Below are positions 21,327 to 31,767 of a stretch of DNA of 36,470 nucleotides, one piece after another (position 1 is the first letter of the stretch; each line of letters opens with the position of its first letter). Origin of the DNA: a virus (taxonomy: Duplodnaviria; Caudoviricetes); IMG/VR virus record IMGVR_UViG_3300042517_000526, positions 1-36,470 of that record, one strand, 5' to 3'. A model generated the notes under the pieces. It had not been told where the DNA came from and ran no database searches. It worked only from the letters and a program-made list of their open reading frames with translations. The position numbers and the translations under genes are program-made.

Positions 21327-23623
21327 TAGACGTCCGATATTTCCCGTTCGATTTCTGGAACGATATTCACGGTGAATGGTTTGGAGCTGTAGACCTTGCC
21401 GCCGTAAGTCCATTCGACTTCGCCTATGGCTGGGATAGCGTCAGAGTTGTCGGCTACGCCATTAAACGCGACAAAGCGTTGGAGTGAATCGTTGTCCGCG
21501 GTGAAGCTGATTTGATAGTACGGATCAAACCCGCCAAAGTCTGCTGGGGTAAAGGCGGTGGTTTCCAGAATAACGGGACGCCGATTTGTTTTTTCGCGAA
21601 TACAAAGTTTTAGGGCGGAAGGAGCCATGAGGATCGCGGCTCCGGCTGGATCGGTAAAGAAAACGGCGATGTCGTGAGCGTCACCCTGGCGAATGGTAAG
21701 AACGGCGCCATTACCTTTCGCGCTTGTGACGACACGGGTACGGGCGTCGATCTGTAGATCGGTCAGCTCCCACCGCAGATCTAGCCAAGCAAACTGCTTT
21801 TCCACGATGACGAGGGATTGCGTTACGCTAGTAGCGGCAGTGTAAGCATTGTTGCCAGCCTGCGCGGCCACAATGTTGGTCACCCCCGGCGTTACCGGTG
21901 TGCAGATATTACCCACGATAGAGGCAACGCCAGTAACGGTAGATGTGAAAGTGACGGGCAATCCAGAAGATGCGGTAGCCACCAAAGCAAAAGATCCGTT
22001 AGAACGAGCGTTTGCCTGGGCCACGCTAGTCGCGTCTGCAAAAGAAAGGCTAGTGCTAGAGGCGATAACAGAAGCGGCCGAGTAGACGTCTTTTAATGAC
22101 GCAACCCGACGAGGAGAAAGGGCGGCAAAGGCAATGGTCTGTGCGATTGGGGCAGTGGTCGCGGTAAGAACTTGAGTGACGGTGGCGGCCGCGAGGTAGT
22201 TAACGTCGCCAGCTTGGGTGGCTGAGATGGTGGTGGTGCCAGCTCCGATGGGCGAAATAGAAAAGCCAGACACTGTAGCGACCGCAGTGTTGCTGGAGGA
22301 AAGGGCGACGGTGAGGTTTGATGTAGAACTAGGCGCAACTGTGAAAGGCCCAGATCCAACGAACTTGCTGGGCACGGACGCAAAAGTGATTGTTTGTGAT
22401 GCCTTAGAAATTGTGATTACGCCGCTGGCGCTGCCATAGTAGAAATTATCCACAATGCTGGCGGTGACTACGTAGGATCCTGCGGTGACGGGTGCCGACA
22501 AGCTGGCTGCGGTGCCTGTGTAAGTTAGCTCGATGGCAAGGCCAGATGGAGAGACGGTTGTGGTGGGCGCTTGGGCAGATCCAGTATAGGTTTTAGATAA
22601 GTTAGAAAGAGTGACCGTTGCAGGTGCGGAGGTAACGGAGACGCGAATGGTGGCGTTAAAAGTATCCGCCACAAAAACATTGCCTGTCGCATCAACTGCG
22701 ACGCCATGGGGATAATAAAACCTAGCTGCAGTGCCTAGACCATTGTTTGAGCCCGCGCTACCAGCAAGCCCTGCTTCAGTAGTAACCACGCCAGCGCTCG
22801 TCACCTTGCGGATGGTGTGATTATATAGATCACATACAAAAACATTGCCTGCCGTATCCACTGAGACGCCATGGGGATGATTAAGCCTAGCAGCTGAGCC
22901 AGTTCCGTCGGTACTGCCAGCAGAGCCAGCCAAGCCTGCTAAGGTGCTAACTACGCCAGCGCTCGTCACTTTTCGGATGGTGTGGTTGTATATATCCCCA
23001 ACATAAACATTCCCAGCAGTATCAACCGAAATTCCGTTGGGTTGATTAAACCTAGCGGCAGACCCAGTACCGTCGGTACTGCCAGCAGAGCCAGCTTGTC
23101 CAGCAAGCGTGGTAACAACTCCGGCGCTAGTAACTTTACGGATGGTGTGGTTACCCCTATCCGCTACAAAAACATTCCCCGCAGTATCAACTGACAACCC
23201 ATAAGGAGTACCAAACCTAGCAGCAGAGCCAGTAGCGTCGGTGCTACCAGTAGAGCCAGGCGAGCCTGCAAGTGTAGTTACTACGCCAGCGCTAGTTACT
23301 TTGCGGATAGTGTAGTTATTTGTATCTGACACAAAGATATTGCCTGCAGCATCTACTGAAATGCCATAGGGATTTTTAAATCTAGCGGCGGAGCCGGTGG
23401 CGTCTGTGCTCCCACTAGCGCCAGCGGTGCCGGCGATGGTGGTCACTACGCCTGCACTCGTTACCTTGCGGATAGTGTGGTTATTAGTATCCGCCACAAA
23501 AACATTACCCGACAAATCAGTTGAGACGTCGTAGGGGCCGCTAAACCTAGCGGCAGAGCCAGTAGCGTCCGTACTGCCAGCGGATCCGGCCGTACCTGCC
23601 AATGTATTAAAATATAAGCTCAT
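21326..23623 (-). CDS. NHL-repeat beta-propeller + MBG/Ig-like stalk tail adhesin
   Basis: Six ~55-aa repeats (RF-xP-G-VD-AGNVFVAD-NHTIRKVT); LSKTYTGSAQ...AGSYVVTA MBG-like domain; two SQTITF-type Ig-like repeats. Confidence 0.88.
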   Translation of the reverse strand: MSLYFNTLAGTAGSAGSTDATGSAARFSGPYDVSTDLSGNVFVADTNNHTIRKVTSAGVVTTIAGTAGASGSTDATGSAARFKNPYGISVDAAGNIFVSDTNNYTIRKVTSAGVVTTLAGSPGSTGSTDATGSAARFGTPYGLSVDTAGNVFVADRGNHTIRKVTSAGVVTTLAGQAGSAGSTDGTGSAARFNQPNGISVDTAGNVYVGDIYNHTIRKVTSAGVVSTLAGLAGSAGSTDGTGSAARLNHPHGVSVDTAGNVFVCDLYNHTIRKVTSAGVVTTEAGLAGSAGSNNGLGTAARFYYPHGVAVDATGNVFVADTFNATIRVSVTSAPATVTLSNLSKTYTGSAQAPTTTVSPSGLAIELTYTGTAASLSAPVTAGSYVVTASIVDNFYYGSASGVITISKASQTITFASVPSKFVGSGPFTVAPSSTSNLTVALSSSNTAVATVSGFSISPIGAGTTTISATQAGDVNYLAAATVTQVLTATTAPIAQTIAFAALSPRRVASLKDVYSAASVIASSTSLSFADATSVAQANARSNGSFALVATASSGLPVTFTSTVTGVASIVGNICTPVTPGVTNIVAAQAGNNAYTAATSVTQSLVIVEKQFAWLDLRWELTDLQIDARTRVVTSAKGNGAVLTIRQGDAHDIAVFFTDPAGAAILMAPSALKLCIREKTNRRPVILETTAFTPADFGGFDPYYQISFTADNDSLQRFVAFNGVADNSDAIPAIGEVEWTYGGKVYSSKPFTVNIVPEIEREISDV
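22640..23610 (-). repeat. Tandem coding repeats (~165 bp x 6) of the NHL propeller
   Basis: Recurrent AAAAACATT-CC and CGGATGGTGTG segments at ~165-bp period. Confidence 0.85.
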
Positions 23624-25977
23624 GAGATTGTCACCTTCACTTCACCGCCGATCGTGTCATTCTCTACCCCTTTTAAGGCGTAGCCCACCCAGCCGCGTAC
23701 ATCGTCGGCAGTATTCGCAATATCAAAGTTTATCAGCCGGGCACGCAAAATAAAGCTGGCACCAGCGGGCGCTCCGATCGTGCTTTCGTAGGTGCCGTAG
23801 ATATTCTTATCTGCTGTAATAACTATATTCTCACCGCTCAAAGAACGTACTAGGCGCACTCCCAAGATGTGAGGAACTAACGCTTGGGTGAGCATGATGC
23901 GGTGATCCATCAATTTGTTCTGGTTATAGTCAGCGCTGGAGATGTTCATCCCCTGGACAGCTGGGCTAGTCACCTCACTTAAATTGGCCGCATCGATGAC
24001 CACACGCCACTGGGCGTCTGTCTTAGCCAGCATCTGTAGAACTAGCCCAAACTTAATTTCTAGGGTGCGGCCGACTCGGAATTGGTTGGCGTTAACGGGT
24101 ACGCGGAAAAGCTCCACCTCGTAAGGCACGGGGTAGTAGGTTTTGTTAGTTCCATCTTGGCGGCCTTGGTAAATGCGGCCTTCGTCGTAAACAACGATCC
24201 CGCCTGGTGGCACTGTGTCGCTGGGGATGTAGCCCATAGGCGCCAGCTCAATCCCGCCAGAATAGATGTAGGCGCCAGCGGCCGTAGGTGCTGTCGTAAT
24301 GTTAGAGTTATTCGCTAGGCCAGAGAATGATCGCAGTAAGCTAGGGCCACGGATGGGTAGCTTTGTCTGATCGATGCCGCTATCGCCCCAAGCGCCTTCT
24401 ATATCTTGCGTGAACAAAACCTCTGAGCGTGCTGGGATCGTCATAGTAAGCGGAGTGGTATTTACGCCAGACTGGTTAATAATTCCCACGCCATTGGGCA
24501 ACACATTCTCTAGGGTGTTTAGTCGTGTGCCGATTGCGCTCAGCGTATCTTGCAAATCTACCACTTGGGCAATCGTGTGGGTGTGCGCTTGAAAGGCACT
24601 TGTCGGGCCAGCCGAGGAGATCATAACGGCCCAGCCTTGTGTTGGCGTAGAGCCGCCAGCGTTTTCTACAATAATGCTCTGGCTTGTTGATGTCTGTATC
24701 CCGTAATTAATTGTGTTAGCCAAAAAGCTTCCGCCAGAATAATTCTCACGCACTGTGACGTGGATCGCCTCCGTCCCGAGATTATGGGCGATAGTCCACG
24801 GCCCGCTGCCTGTAATTACTGCGGTGAAGCTCTGTATGCCAGTGATCACTTGGTCTGTTGTGAAAGGTATATAGTTGACCGGCTGCGGTGGGTTTAGCCA
24901 GTTGATCCGCTGGGCGGCCGCTAGTCCTGTCCAAGCACCGTCGGCCTGCACGGTAAGATTCTGCTGGAACACGGTGACGTACTGGACATTGGGTGTGGTT
25001 GCCGTGCCGTAGTTAATTCCTACTTCGCAAGTCAGCGGGTGCGTGACTTCAAAATCTCCACGCAAAGCGGCCAGCATCCCTTGGGTGTTGAGATCTAGAT
25101 CAAATGTGATGTCGCCTTGTGGCGAAATGGGCACGGCTACTGTGAGCAGGCTATGGGTAGACCCGCTCATCGCCCCAGCGAACTCAATGTCGGCGGTGTA
25201 GTTTTGCGGGTTTGTAACAAGGAATATCTCCCCTGCTCCAACAGTAACGCAGCCTTGCATCAGCGCGGCTTCAATCTCGGTGGATCCATCGTCCTTACTC
25301 AGCAAGGCGGTGCGGGCTGTCCCACGATAGATTTGATAGGTGGTATCAAACGCTGGCGGGATGTAGAGCCGTTGCACTTCATTGACGAACACGCCCGTAG
25401 TCGGATCACTGTAGCCCGTAACTACGCGGGTGATAGTAGGCGCTGGCGGAACGATCAGCCCGAATGCACTGGTATAAGCCAACGGTGATTGCATCGGCCG
25501 CAGCTCTTGGTAGAATATGTTGTTGGCGGAGTAGCTAGTAACCCGGACAAAGCTGTCTGGCGTGAGGTTATTATCGACGATGGTGATGCCGCTAGTCGTC
25601 GTCCAGTTGGCCGTCCTGCCGACGATGTAGGATCCTTGATCCTCACTAACAGTCCAGCCAGTAGCGGCCGAGATGGTGTTCAGGATGGCGGCCACGCTGG
25701 CAGCGGTAGATCCTAGGGTGATGGCGCTAGATGTAACCGCATTGACCAGCACTTTAAACGTGCCGGCCGTAGGCGCCACATCCACCGGGCCATAGCTAAG
25801 ACGGGCGGAGTAGACGGAAGGAGCGGTGACGGTAGTGGTGTTGTTCGACGTTTCCGTCAACCGCACTGCCACCGTGAAGGTATCTCCCTGCACGACAGTG
25901 GGCAGGGTAATCGAACCAGGCTCGATAGTGTAGCTGGCCGTTTTGTTGGAGATGTTACCGTAAAGGAGTGTGGCCAT
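23620..25977 (-). CDS. Large tail / baseplate protein
   Basis: 785 aa, beta-rich; WTIAHNLGT and HTHTIAQVVDLQ tail-fibre motifs. Confidence 0.75.
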   Translation of the reverse strand: MATLLYGNISNKTASYTIEPGSITLPTVVQGDTFTVAVRLTETSNNTTTVTAPSVYSARLSYGPVDVAPTAGTFKVLVNAVTSSAITLGSTAASVAAILNTISAATGWTVSEDQGSYIVGRTANWTTTSGITIVDNNLTPDSFVRVTSYSANNIFYQELRPMQSPLAYTSAFGLIVPPAPTITRVVTGYSDPTTGVFVNEVQRLYIPPAFDTTYQIYRGTARTALLSKDDGSTEIEAALMQGCVTVGAGEIFLVTNPQNYTADIEFAGAMSGSTHSLLTVAVPISPQGDITFDLDLNTQGMLAALRGDFEVTHPLTCEVGINYGTATTPNVQYVTVFQQNLTVQADGAWTGLAAAQRINWLNPPQPVNYIPFTTDQVITGIQSFTAVITGSGPWTIAHNLGTEAIHVTVRENYSGGSFLANTINYGIQTSTSQSIIVENAGGSTPTQGWAVMISSAGPTSAFQAHTHTIAQVVDLQDTLSAIGTRLNTLENVLPNGVGIINQSGVNTTPLTMTIPARSEVLFTQDIEGAWGDSGIDQTKLPIRGPSLLRSFSGLANNSNITTAPTAAGAYIYSGGIELAPMGYIPSDTVPPGGIVVYDEGRIYQGRQDGTNKTYYPVPYEVELFRVPVNANQFRVGRTLEIKFGLVLQMLAKTDAQWRVVIDAANLSEVTSPAVQGMNISSADYNQNKLMDHRIMLTQALVPHILGVRLVRSLSGENIVITADKNIYGTYESTIGAPAGASFILRARLINFDIANTADDVRGWVGYALKGVENDTIGGEVKVTIS

Positions 25978-25979
25978 GG

Positions 25980-26174
25980 TTACTTTGCGGGAAGCGTGTC
26001 AATCCCTGTCTCCTGCTCCGTAAAGCCATTAAAGAAGGTTGGATCGAACTGCACGCTGGCAGCTATGGGATACCACGGCCCAGGCTCAGTAAGCTGGACG
26101 ACCCCTAACTTCCGAAGCCTGCGGTTTTCCTCGATGATCTTTTTGCGACGCTCGGCTGACTTGTCTAGGCTCAT
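25980..26174 (-). CDS. Hypothetical protein, 64 aa
   Basis: ATGA-coupled; fills the gap in the tail operon. Confidence 0.5.
   Translation of the reverse strand: MSLDKSAERRKKIIEENRRLRKLGVVQLTEPGPWYPIAASVQFDPTFFNGFTEQETGIDTLPAK
25997..26002 (-). promoter_or_regulatory. TTGACA element 19 nt upstream of ATG 25977
   Basis: One of seven start-proximal copies. Confidence 0.5.
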
Positions 26175-27202
26175 ACGGCGTAAAACTTTCCTGCTAGGTT
26201 GCGTTGCTGATAGAAGTCCAAAGCCGCTTGGGCAAAGAAGTTGTTTTCGGCCAAGATATAGTCAAAGATCGGCTGGGCGACTCCGCCCGCAAATGGAAGA
26301 ACTAGGCTCAACGGGGTAAATTCGTCACGCTTCTCGATCTGCTTTGTCGCGTGAACTAGATTGTGATGGCAGTTGTATTGAATATAAGGCTGCCATCCAG
26401 ACAGGTCTGTCGGATCTAACAAAGGAAGAACAGGCGACAAAAGATAGACGGTGCTTAAGTGAAATCGATCTGTCGAGCTGTCTACAAATCGTTGAAAAAA
26501 TAGATCGGCAAAGTTAGTGATTTCAGTTGGAACGACATACTTAGGCAACGCAGTAACGGTCGCCTCGCGATCTGTGGGCGATAGGAATCCAGGGTTAATG
26601 CTGACTAGCGTGGTATCGATGGATGCGGCAGAGATAGAAATGGAGTTGGTTAGCGAAACGCGAGGCTGATTAAGGACTATATCGCAAGCGAGGAGCAGGC
26701 GTTTAGTTTCGGGTTTCTCAGCCAATAGGTTTGTATTGGCGTCGGAGACGCCGAGCCTCTTAAAGAAGTCTGGCACTTTCTCAAATACGCCGGTGATGTT
26801 TCCGCTGCCAGCGTTTGCCGTGATGGATGACGGGTCGGCATCAGATCCTATTTTGCGGAAAGATAATTTTACAGCCGCCTGCTCGTCCAGATAGATGGGC
26901 ACTCGATCCGTCTTTTTAGGTGCAGGCTTTTTGGCCTCTATGTTTTCTAGCCTTATACGCTCTTGCGCGGCCAGCGGAGCATCCGAGTATTGCATCGTAA
27001 TTTTAGCCGGAAATCCGTTAACCAAGCCCGGCGATAAGGACGCCCGCCAGTAGGAGATGTTTGCGATCGGATCGGTGTAATACTGTGCTTGAATCTGCCA
27101 AGGATGCGGCCGACTCCCTGCCGCAGTATAGTCGAACTTTATGGGCAGATAATGTGCAACCTTATCCAGCAGCTTATGCCATAGCTGGCTTGTATATTTC
27201 AC
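26171..27202 (-). CDS. Putative tail protein
   Basis: 343-aa ORF in the tail operon, coupled to neighbours. Confidence 0.6.
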   Translation of the reverse strand: MKYTSQLWHKLLDKVAHYLPIKFDYTAAGSRPHPWQIQAQYYTDPIANISYWRASLSPGLVNGFPAKITMQYSDAPLAAQERIRLENIEAKKPAPKKTDRVPIYLDEQAAVKLSFRKIGSDADPSSITANAGSGNITGVFEKVPDFFKRLGVSDANTNLLAEKPETKRLLLACDIVLNQPRVSLTNSISISAASIDTTLVSINPGFLSPTDREATVTALPKYVVPTEITNFADLFFQRFVDSSTDRFHLSTVYLLSPVLPLLDPTDLSGWQPYIQYNCHHNLVHATKQIEKRDEFTPLSLVLPFAGGVAQPIFDYILAENNFFAQAALDFYQQRNLAGKFYAV

Positions 27203-27789
27203 GCTGGCCAGTAGATCACGCGATGCGATCCGTTATGAAGATAAGCACGCACTTGCAGATTGTGAGTGACGAATTGAATGAAGTTATTTTTACGCAAGTA
27301 GGCCAGAGGGATTAGGCCAGAGGTGGTTTTATCTTTTGCGGCGTAATTTGCACTGCCCGTGCGTGGTATCTCATTTGGCTTTCTGCAAACGATCTCGCTG
27401 AATTTAAGAGCGAATGTTTCGGTAAATGTAACAAGGGCACACACTAGGACAGGGCGTTCTGCCGGTAGTTTTGCTGGCGGTGCTGGCACACCGTCTGGGT
27501 CGACGATGTCTTGCAGTTGGCCTGTACTCGGCTTGATCTGCGGCAGCTTGCCGTTGATGTAGCCCTCGCTAATGCTGAAAAACTTTGTCCCGTTGAATCG
27601 CACTTGCAGTGGGGTAGAGATTGTCGGCGGCCGATCCACCATGGAAACTAGAGAGCCGTTTGGAGTTGAGTTAATTAGGACTCGATCGTCTACGGAGACG
27701 AGGCGCTGGCTGTCGATCCAAGCGACCAGCTTTTTGAACTTAGGCAGGATCTTGTCGCCCGATTCCGCCTTTAGCTCATTGGGGATCAT
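27199..27789 (-). CDS. Putative tail protein
   Basis: 196-aa ORF in the tail operon. Confidence 0.6.
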   Translation of the reverse strand: MIPNELKAESGDKILPKFKKLVAWIDSQRLVSVDDRVLINSTPNGSLVSMVDRPPTISTPLQVRFNGTKFFSISEGYINGKLPQIKPSTGQLQDIVDPDGVPAPPAKLPAERPVLVCALVTFTETFALKFSEIVCRKPNEIPRTGSANYAAKDKTTSGLIPLAYLRKNNFIQFVTHNLQVRAYLHNGSHRVIYWPA

Positions 27790-28577
27790 GTGGCCCCTGG
27801 TACGGTGCCCTTTTCGTATAAGCCGTCAGCCACCCCCTTTGAATCCAGCAGCACGTATTCCTGCACCACTTGCCATGCCTCGCCCTGCCTGCTGACGGCT
27901 GGAGCCTGCATCATCCAGCGCCGAGGGATTTCTTTTCCGTCCTTATCCTTTTCGCCCCTTGGGATGGGGATGCCCGCTGGCAATTTATCTACTACCCGGC
28001 CTGCGGTATCCCAAATGTTAGGATTTACACTTTTCGTAAAGTAGGTGTGACGCAAGGTTAGCGTGACCTCTTTGTAGCGGGTAACTCCAAACATAGGATT
28101 AGCTACAGTATTGCCAGATCCTAATCCTCCGCCTGATGTCGGAGTGTAAGTGGGCGGCCATTTTGCAAATCCATCTGGCGTAAAGTACCCGCCAAAATCT
28201 ACAGAAAGTTTATCGATGCGGGGATGCAGCTCGATCGGCTTACTCTCATAGGAGCAAAACATTTCAAACGTGCCCTTAACTCCTGCCTGTAGCCAAACGA
28301 CTCCGCCTGTTTCACTTGATGATCCCTCCGTCATCGCCTCGTAGGTGACCGACTGCTCGTAGGCAGTGTCGTTTATCTTGGTATAACTAATGTTGGTTGC
28401 TTGATAGCCGTCTATTTTTGGGGCTGTTTCTAGCTGTGCGAAATCTGTGACAAAATACTTTTTATTGATCGTGGTTTTGCCGGTGGATTGAAAGCTGCCG
28501 CCACCACCCAGCATCTCGACACCCGTGTTTTGAACGGATCCTCCGCTGCCCCCACCGTAGCTGCTGCCCCTAGCCAT
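27786..28577 (-). CDS. Putative distal tail / hub protein
   Basis: Immediately follows the tape measure; KPIELHPR motif. Confidence 0.6.
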   Translation of the reverse strand: MARGSSYGGGSGGSVQNTGVEMLGGGGSFQSTGKTTINKKYFVTDFAQLETAPKIDGYQATNISYTKINDTAYEQSVTYEAMTEGSSSETGGVVWLQAGVKGTFEMFCSYESKPIELHPRIDKLSVDFGGYFTPDGFAKWPPTYTPTSGGGLGSGNTVANPMFGVTRYKEVTLTLRHTYFTKSVNPNIWDTAGRVVDKLPAGIPIPRGEKDKDGKEIPRRWMMQAPAVSRQGEAWQVVQEYVLLDSKGVADGLYEKGTVPGAT

Positions 28578-30007
28578 TAGCTAAACACCCCGGCGTTTTT
28601 GATGAGTAGATCCAGCTTATCCAGTACGCCTTTTAGATCAGGTGGGTTTTCTAGTCTCACTGGTTGCGTGCGTTGTGCCTCCGTGCTGGAGGGGATGTCA
28701 CGCAGTTGCTGTTGCAACTCAGCCGCAGACTGCAGCTTTCCGACGATGGATTCAGTTTGCGCCCTTGCGAGCTGCGCGGATTGATCGCCAAATCCCCTCT
28801 GGCTTAAAACGTTTTCCTTTGCAGATTGTAATTCAAGCGCTTGTTGTTGTGCGGCAGTTACATCCTCAATGGTTCCAGAGGAGCGTGCCCTATCTGCCGC
28901 TTCTCGCGCCCTATCCTCAAGTAACCGCATCTCGGCCTCTGGGCCTGCTCTCCTTGCCTCCAGTTCTTGAAGCGTGGGAATCAGCTCTGCCCGCTTCTGC
29001 AGTAAATCGCGCTTTTCTTTTTCAGCCTGCTTAAAGTCGGCTAGGTCTTGTTTGCGCCTGTCCTCCTCGCTGTCTGCCAGCATTTGATACGCCTTGTCGA
29101 TTGCCGCGAGTTCGGCGTCGATTTGTTTTACTTTTTGTTTAACGGCATTTACATCTTCCCGATCCAGCTCGGCTTGGTCTGTTACGGTTTTTTGTTGCCC
29201 AGCCCTCTGGGTTCTTTCTTTTTGTATGACCTCTTTTAGCTTTCTCTCTCTTTCAATAATTCTTTTTTCAATTTTGTCGTAGTCGCCAGTTAGTAAATCT
29301 ACTGTGGATTGCAGCGGGCTTTCTTTTATATCTGTGCCGAGATCTAAGAATCCGCCCGCGATTGATGCCAAAGCTGTAGATACTGTATTCTGAAATTGGC
29401 GCCACTTAACATTCATCGCATCCAAATTGGAAACGGTGGTGTCGGACAGTACCCCTGACGCGGCGCCGAGGCTTTTGTATTCCTCTGCCGTCATTCTTAA
29501 TAACGGCAAAAATCTCTGATAATCTTTAGCGAGAAGCTCATTTACAACCTTCAACTCCTCCCCTGCCAGTGCCCCACTACTGACAGATTCCCTTAGTTTA
29601 TTAAATAATTCCTCTGGAGAGAGGCTGACTAACTGCTGTCCTGTAACGCCTATTTTTTCAAATGTTTTAGCAAGGTTTGTGTTTCCGCCTGCAGCGTCTT
29701 GGGCTGCCTTGCCTAACTTGCCCAGTTTGCTGCCGATCTCCTCGATCGATAAATTTGCTGTGACACCTACGGCCGCCAGTCGTTGGACGCTTTCCGCACT
29801 TACATTAAAGGCGTCGGACACGTCCTGCAGTTGACCGGCCTTTGCCAGAATGTTGTCGATCCCGGCCACCAACCCAGCAAGCCCCCCGCCGATCCCGACG
29901 ACTCCAAGCATTGATTTCCCGAATGATGTAAAATCTTTTTCTAAGCCACGCAGGCCAGTCATGGCCGAGGCTTTGTTCAGCACCACATCGATCGCTAGTT
30001 TTGCCAT
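28577..30007 (-). CDS. Tape measure protein
   Basis: Helical, Ala/Gly/Leu-rich; LQDVSDAFNVSAESVQRL and FEKIGVT...LSPEELF motifs; position in operon. Confidence 0.85.
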   Translation of the reverse strand: MAKLAIDVVLNKASAMTGLRGLEKDFTSFGKSMLGVVGIGGGLAGLVAGIDNILAKAGQLQDVSDAFNVSAESVQRLAAVGVTANLSIEEIGSKLGKLGKAAQDAAGGNTNLAKTFEKIGVTGQQLVSLSPEELFNKLRESVSSGALAGEELKVVNELLAKDYQRFLPLLRMTAEEYKSLGAASGVLSDTTVSNLDAMNVKWRQFQNTVSTALASIAGGFLDLGTDIKESPLQSTVDLLTGDYDKIEKRIIERERKLKEVIQKERTQRAGQQKTVTDQAELDREDVNAVKQKVKQIDAELAAIDKAYQMLADSEEDRRKQDLADFKQAEKEKRDLLQKRAELIPTLQELEARRAGPEAEMRLLEDRAREAADRARSSGTIEDVTAAQQQALELQSAKENVLSQRGFGDQSAQLARAQTESIVGKLQSAAELQQQLRDIPSSTEAQRTQPVRLENPPDLKGVLDKLDLLIKNAGVFS

Positions 30008-30014
30008 GGTAGTA

Positions 30015-30860
30015 TTAGAATCCGACGGCTTTCAGATCAGCCTGATAAGCGTAATCCAACGCCCGCCGCATCTTTTCTGCTTGTATGTCAATAGCCTGCT
30101 GCGCCTGCTGATCGCTGAGGCAATTACTCACCCAAGGCACATGATTGATCATGTTAATCCTGCCGGTTAGAAAGTTTTCGGATTGATCCACCACAGTCCC
30201 GGCGGCCCGATTGCCAGCATGTCTTTTGACCCAAGCGGGCACTGCTTGCTGTTGCATGCCTGGCACGTTTGTTTCCATCCTGCCTCTCGTTCCGCCTAAC
30301 TGCATGGCGCAGGCGGCCCATCCGCCTTTTGCTATGCCCACCCTTTTCTGCACTTCCTTAACGTAGGATTTTAATTTTGCCCTTTGATCTGTGATCAATA
30401 ACGGCTCCTGCCTTTTCTCAATTCTTGGTCTTTTGGGTATCGGCTTGCGAGCTGACTTATGAAACATCCCGCTCATATCACCAACTTGCGCCTGCATAAG
30501 TCCCGGCACTCGAAGTCGAATCAATAGATTTTTAGCCAAGTCAAAGTCGCCCTTCTTGACCATAGCAACAAAAGCACGCCCTGCCCCTATCCCTTGCTTT
30601 TCTATTTCTTGATAAACATCAGATGGCGTCCTAATTACCTTTCTAATATCCCGCGCTACCGCTCCCTCGCCTTGTGCTTTAGCGCTGTCTTGCTGGCCTC
30701 CGATTGCCTTCGATCCTCCGAATGGCTGAGTTTGAAACGCTAAGTTAACCGCCATCAATCTTGCCTGCGCTCGCAGCACCTGTGCTGGCGTCTTTGTTTT
30801 ATAAAAACGCAGCAAAGCTCGCTGCAGCTCGCGATCATCTACTGTGATTTTCTCAATCAC
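30015..30860 (-). CDS. Basic tail completion / neck-type protein
   Basis: Lys/Arg-rich; RVGIAKGGW and INMINHVPW motifs. Confidence 0.55.
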   Translation of the reverse strand: MIEKITVDDRELQRALLRFYKTKTPAQVLRAQARLMAVNLAFQTQPFGGSKAIGGQQDSAKAQGEGAVARDIRKVIRTPSDVYQEIEKQGIGAGRAFVAMVKKGDFDLAKNLLIRLRVPGLMQAQVGDMSGMFHKSARKPIPKRPRIEKRQEPLLITDQRAKLKSYVKEVQKRVGIAKGGWAACAMQLGGTRGRMETNVPGMQQQAVPAWVKRHAGNRAAGTVVDQSENFLTGRINMINHVPWVSNCLSDQQAQQAIDIQAEKMRRALDYAYQADLKAVGF

Positions 30861-31420
30861 TTGCCCGCCCTCCTGGCACGAACGGCCTCGATCGCCAGCA
30901 ACTCGCCCTCACTCAGTAGATCCACGTTGCTTCCTGCCTGCATAGCAAACGCTACGTGGTACCAGTACGCCTGCCCAATCGGCATGTTCCATACCTTTGC
31001 CTCGTCCCACCCGGTCGCCCCACATACCCCCGACACAATGGCCAGCGACCAGGGTAAGCCCGTGGCCTCCCGGCCGGTGCCCCTCTTTTTCTCTGGCTGC
31101 CATAACTGTGGCAACGCATTAAAGTCATCTAGATAGGCGCGAAACTTGGCCGTCTCGATCAAGAACTGGCACCGCCAGCTTTTCATCCAATCCAGCCACA
31201 GCCTGCGATCAGAGAGATTCGGCAACAGTGGAAACGGCGTCCGGCAAATGTTCACCGCTAGGCGCAAATCTCTGGCCGATGGGAACGAGCCGCCGATGAA
31301 GTAGGGCGATTGAGCGACTTCCAGATTAAACATGTGCCACAAGGAAAGCGGCAGGAGTGGCAAGCCTAGGACGCGGTGATCCTGACGATTTAGGAATGAT
31401 TCGGCAAAGTGGCGATTCAT
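30857..31420 (-). CDS. Putative tail assembly chaperone
   Basis: GWDEAKVWNMPIGQAYWY resembles a gpT-like C-terminus; lies between tube-like genes and TMP. Confidence 0.6.
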   Translation of the reverse strand: MNRHFAESFLNRQDHRVLGLPLLPLSLWHMFNLEVAQSPYFIGGSFPSARDLRLAVNICRTPFPLLPNLSDRRLWLDWMKSWRCQFLIETAKFRAYLDDFNALPQLWQPEKKRGTGREATGLPWSLAIVSGVCGATGWDEAKVWNMPIGQAYWYHVAFAMQAGSNVDLLSEGELLAIEAVRARRAGK

Positions 31421-31434
31421 CGCCGTCTTACCGA

Positions 31435-31755
31435 CTACGAGGCAAGCGAGCTGTTTGGATTGTAGACGCCAGTAACGCTAACCTTCACCACATCCCCGAC
31501 GGTCTTGGTGTAGGATTCGCCCGTCTTTACGTAGCTATAAGAACCAACAGTAAAGGTGGCTGGAACGGAAGCGCCAGAGCTGATGCCCTCGATCGACACA
31601 TTGTAGCGAGGATTGTAGTAGGTGGTAACTGTGGGAGCGGTGTTGGCTGTGCCGGGATCGATAACGATCTCCGTCAGCTCGCCCGTGATGCTCATAGAAA
31701 TGTATTCCTCAATCCCAGTGACGGTTGCTACCCCTGTAAATCCTTTGTATGGCAT
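31435..31755 (-). CDS. Small tail tube-like protein
   Basis: 106 aa, beta/Thr-rich; AAGGA RBS; tail-tube position. Confidence 0.55.
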   Translation of the reverse strand: MPYKGFTGVATVTGIEEYISMSITGELTEIVIDPGTANTAPTVTTYYNPRYNVSIEGISSGASVPATFTVGSYSYVKTGESYTKTVGDVVKVSVTGVYNPNSSLAS

Positions 31756-31767
31756 ATTGTTATTTCC

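Noticed and set aside
22640-23610. CRISPR array or DGR template/variable repeats
   Set aside because: These are in-frame NHL protein repeats; differences are not visibly adenine-specific and no reverse transcriptase is encoded
30086-30091. Eighth TTGACA element
   Set aside because: 78 nt from the TMP start, outside the 13-19 nt pattern; could be chance or an ordinary -35
30857-31420. Programmed -1 frameshift in the tail chaperone
   Set aside because: Single continuous ORF and no convincing slippery heptamer seen
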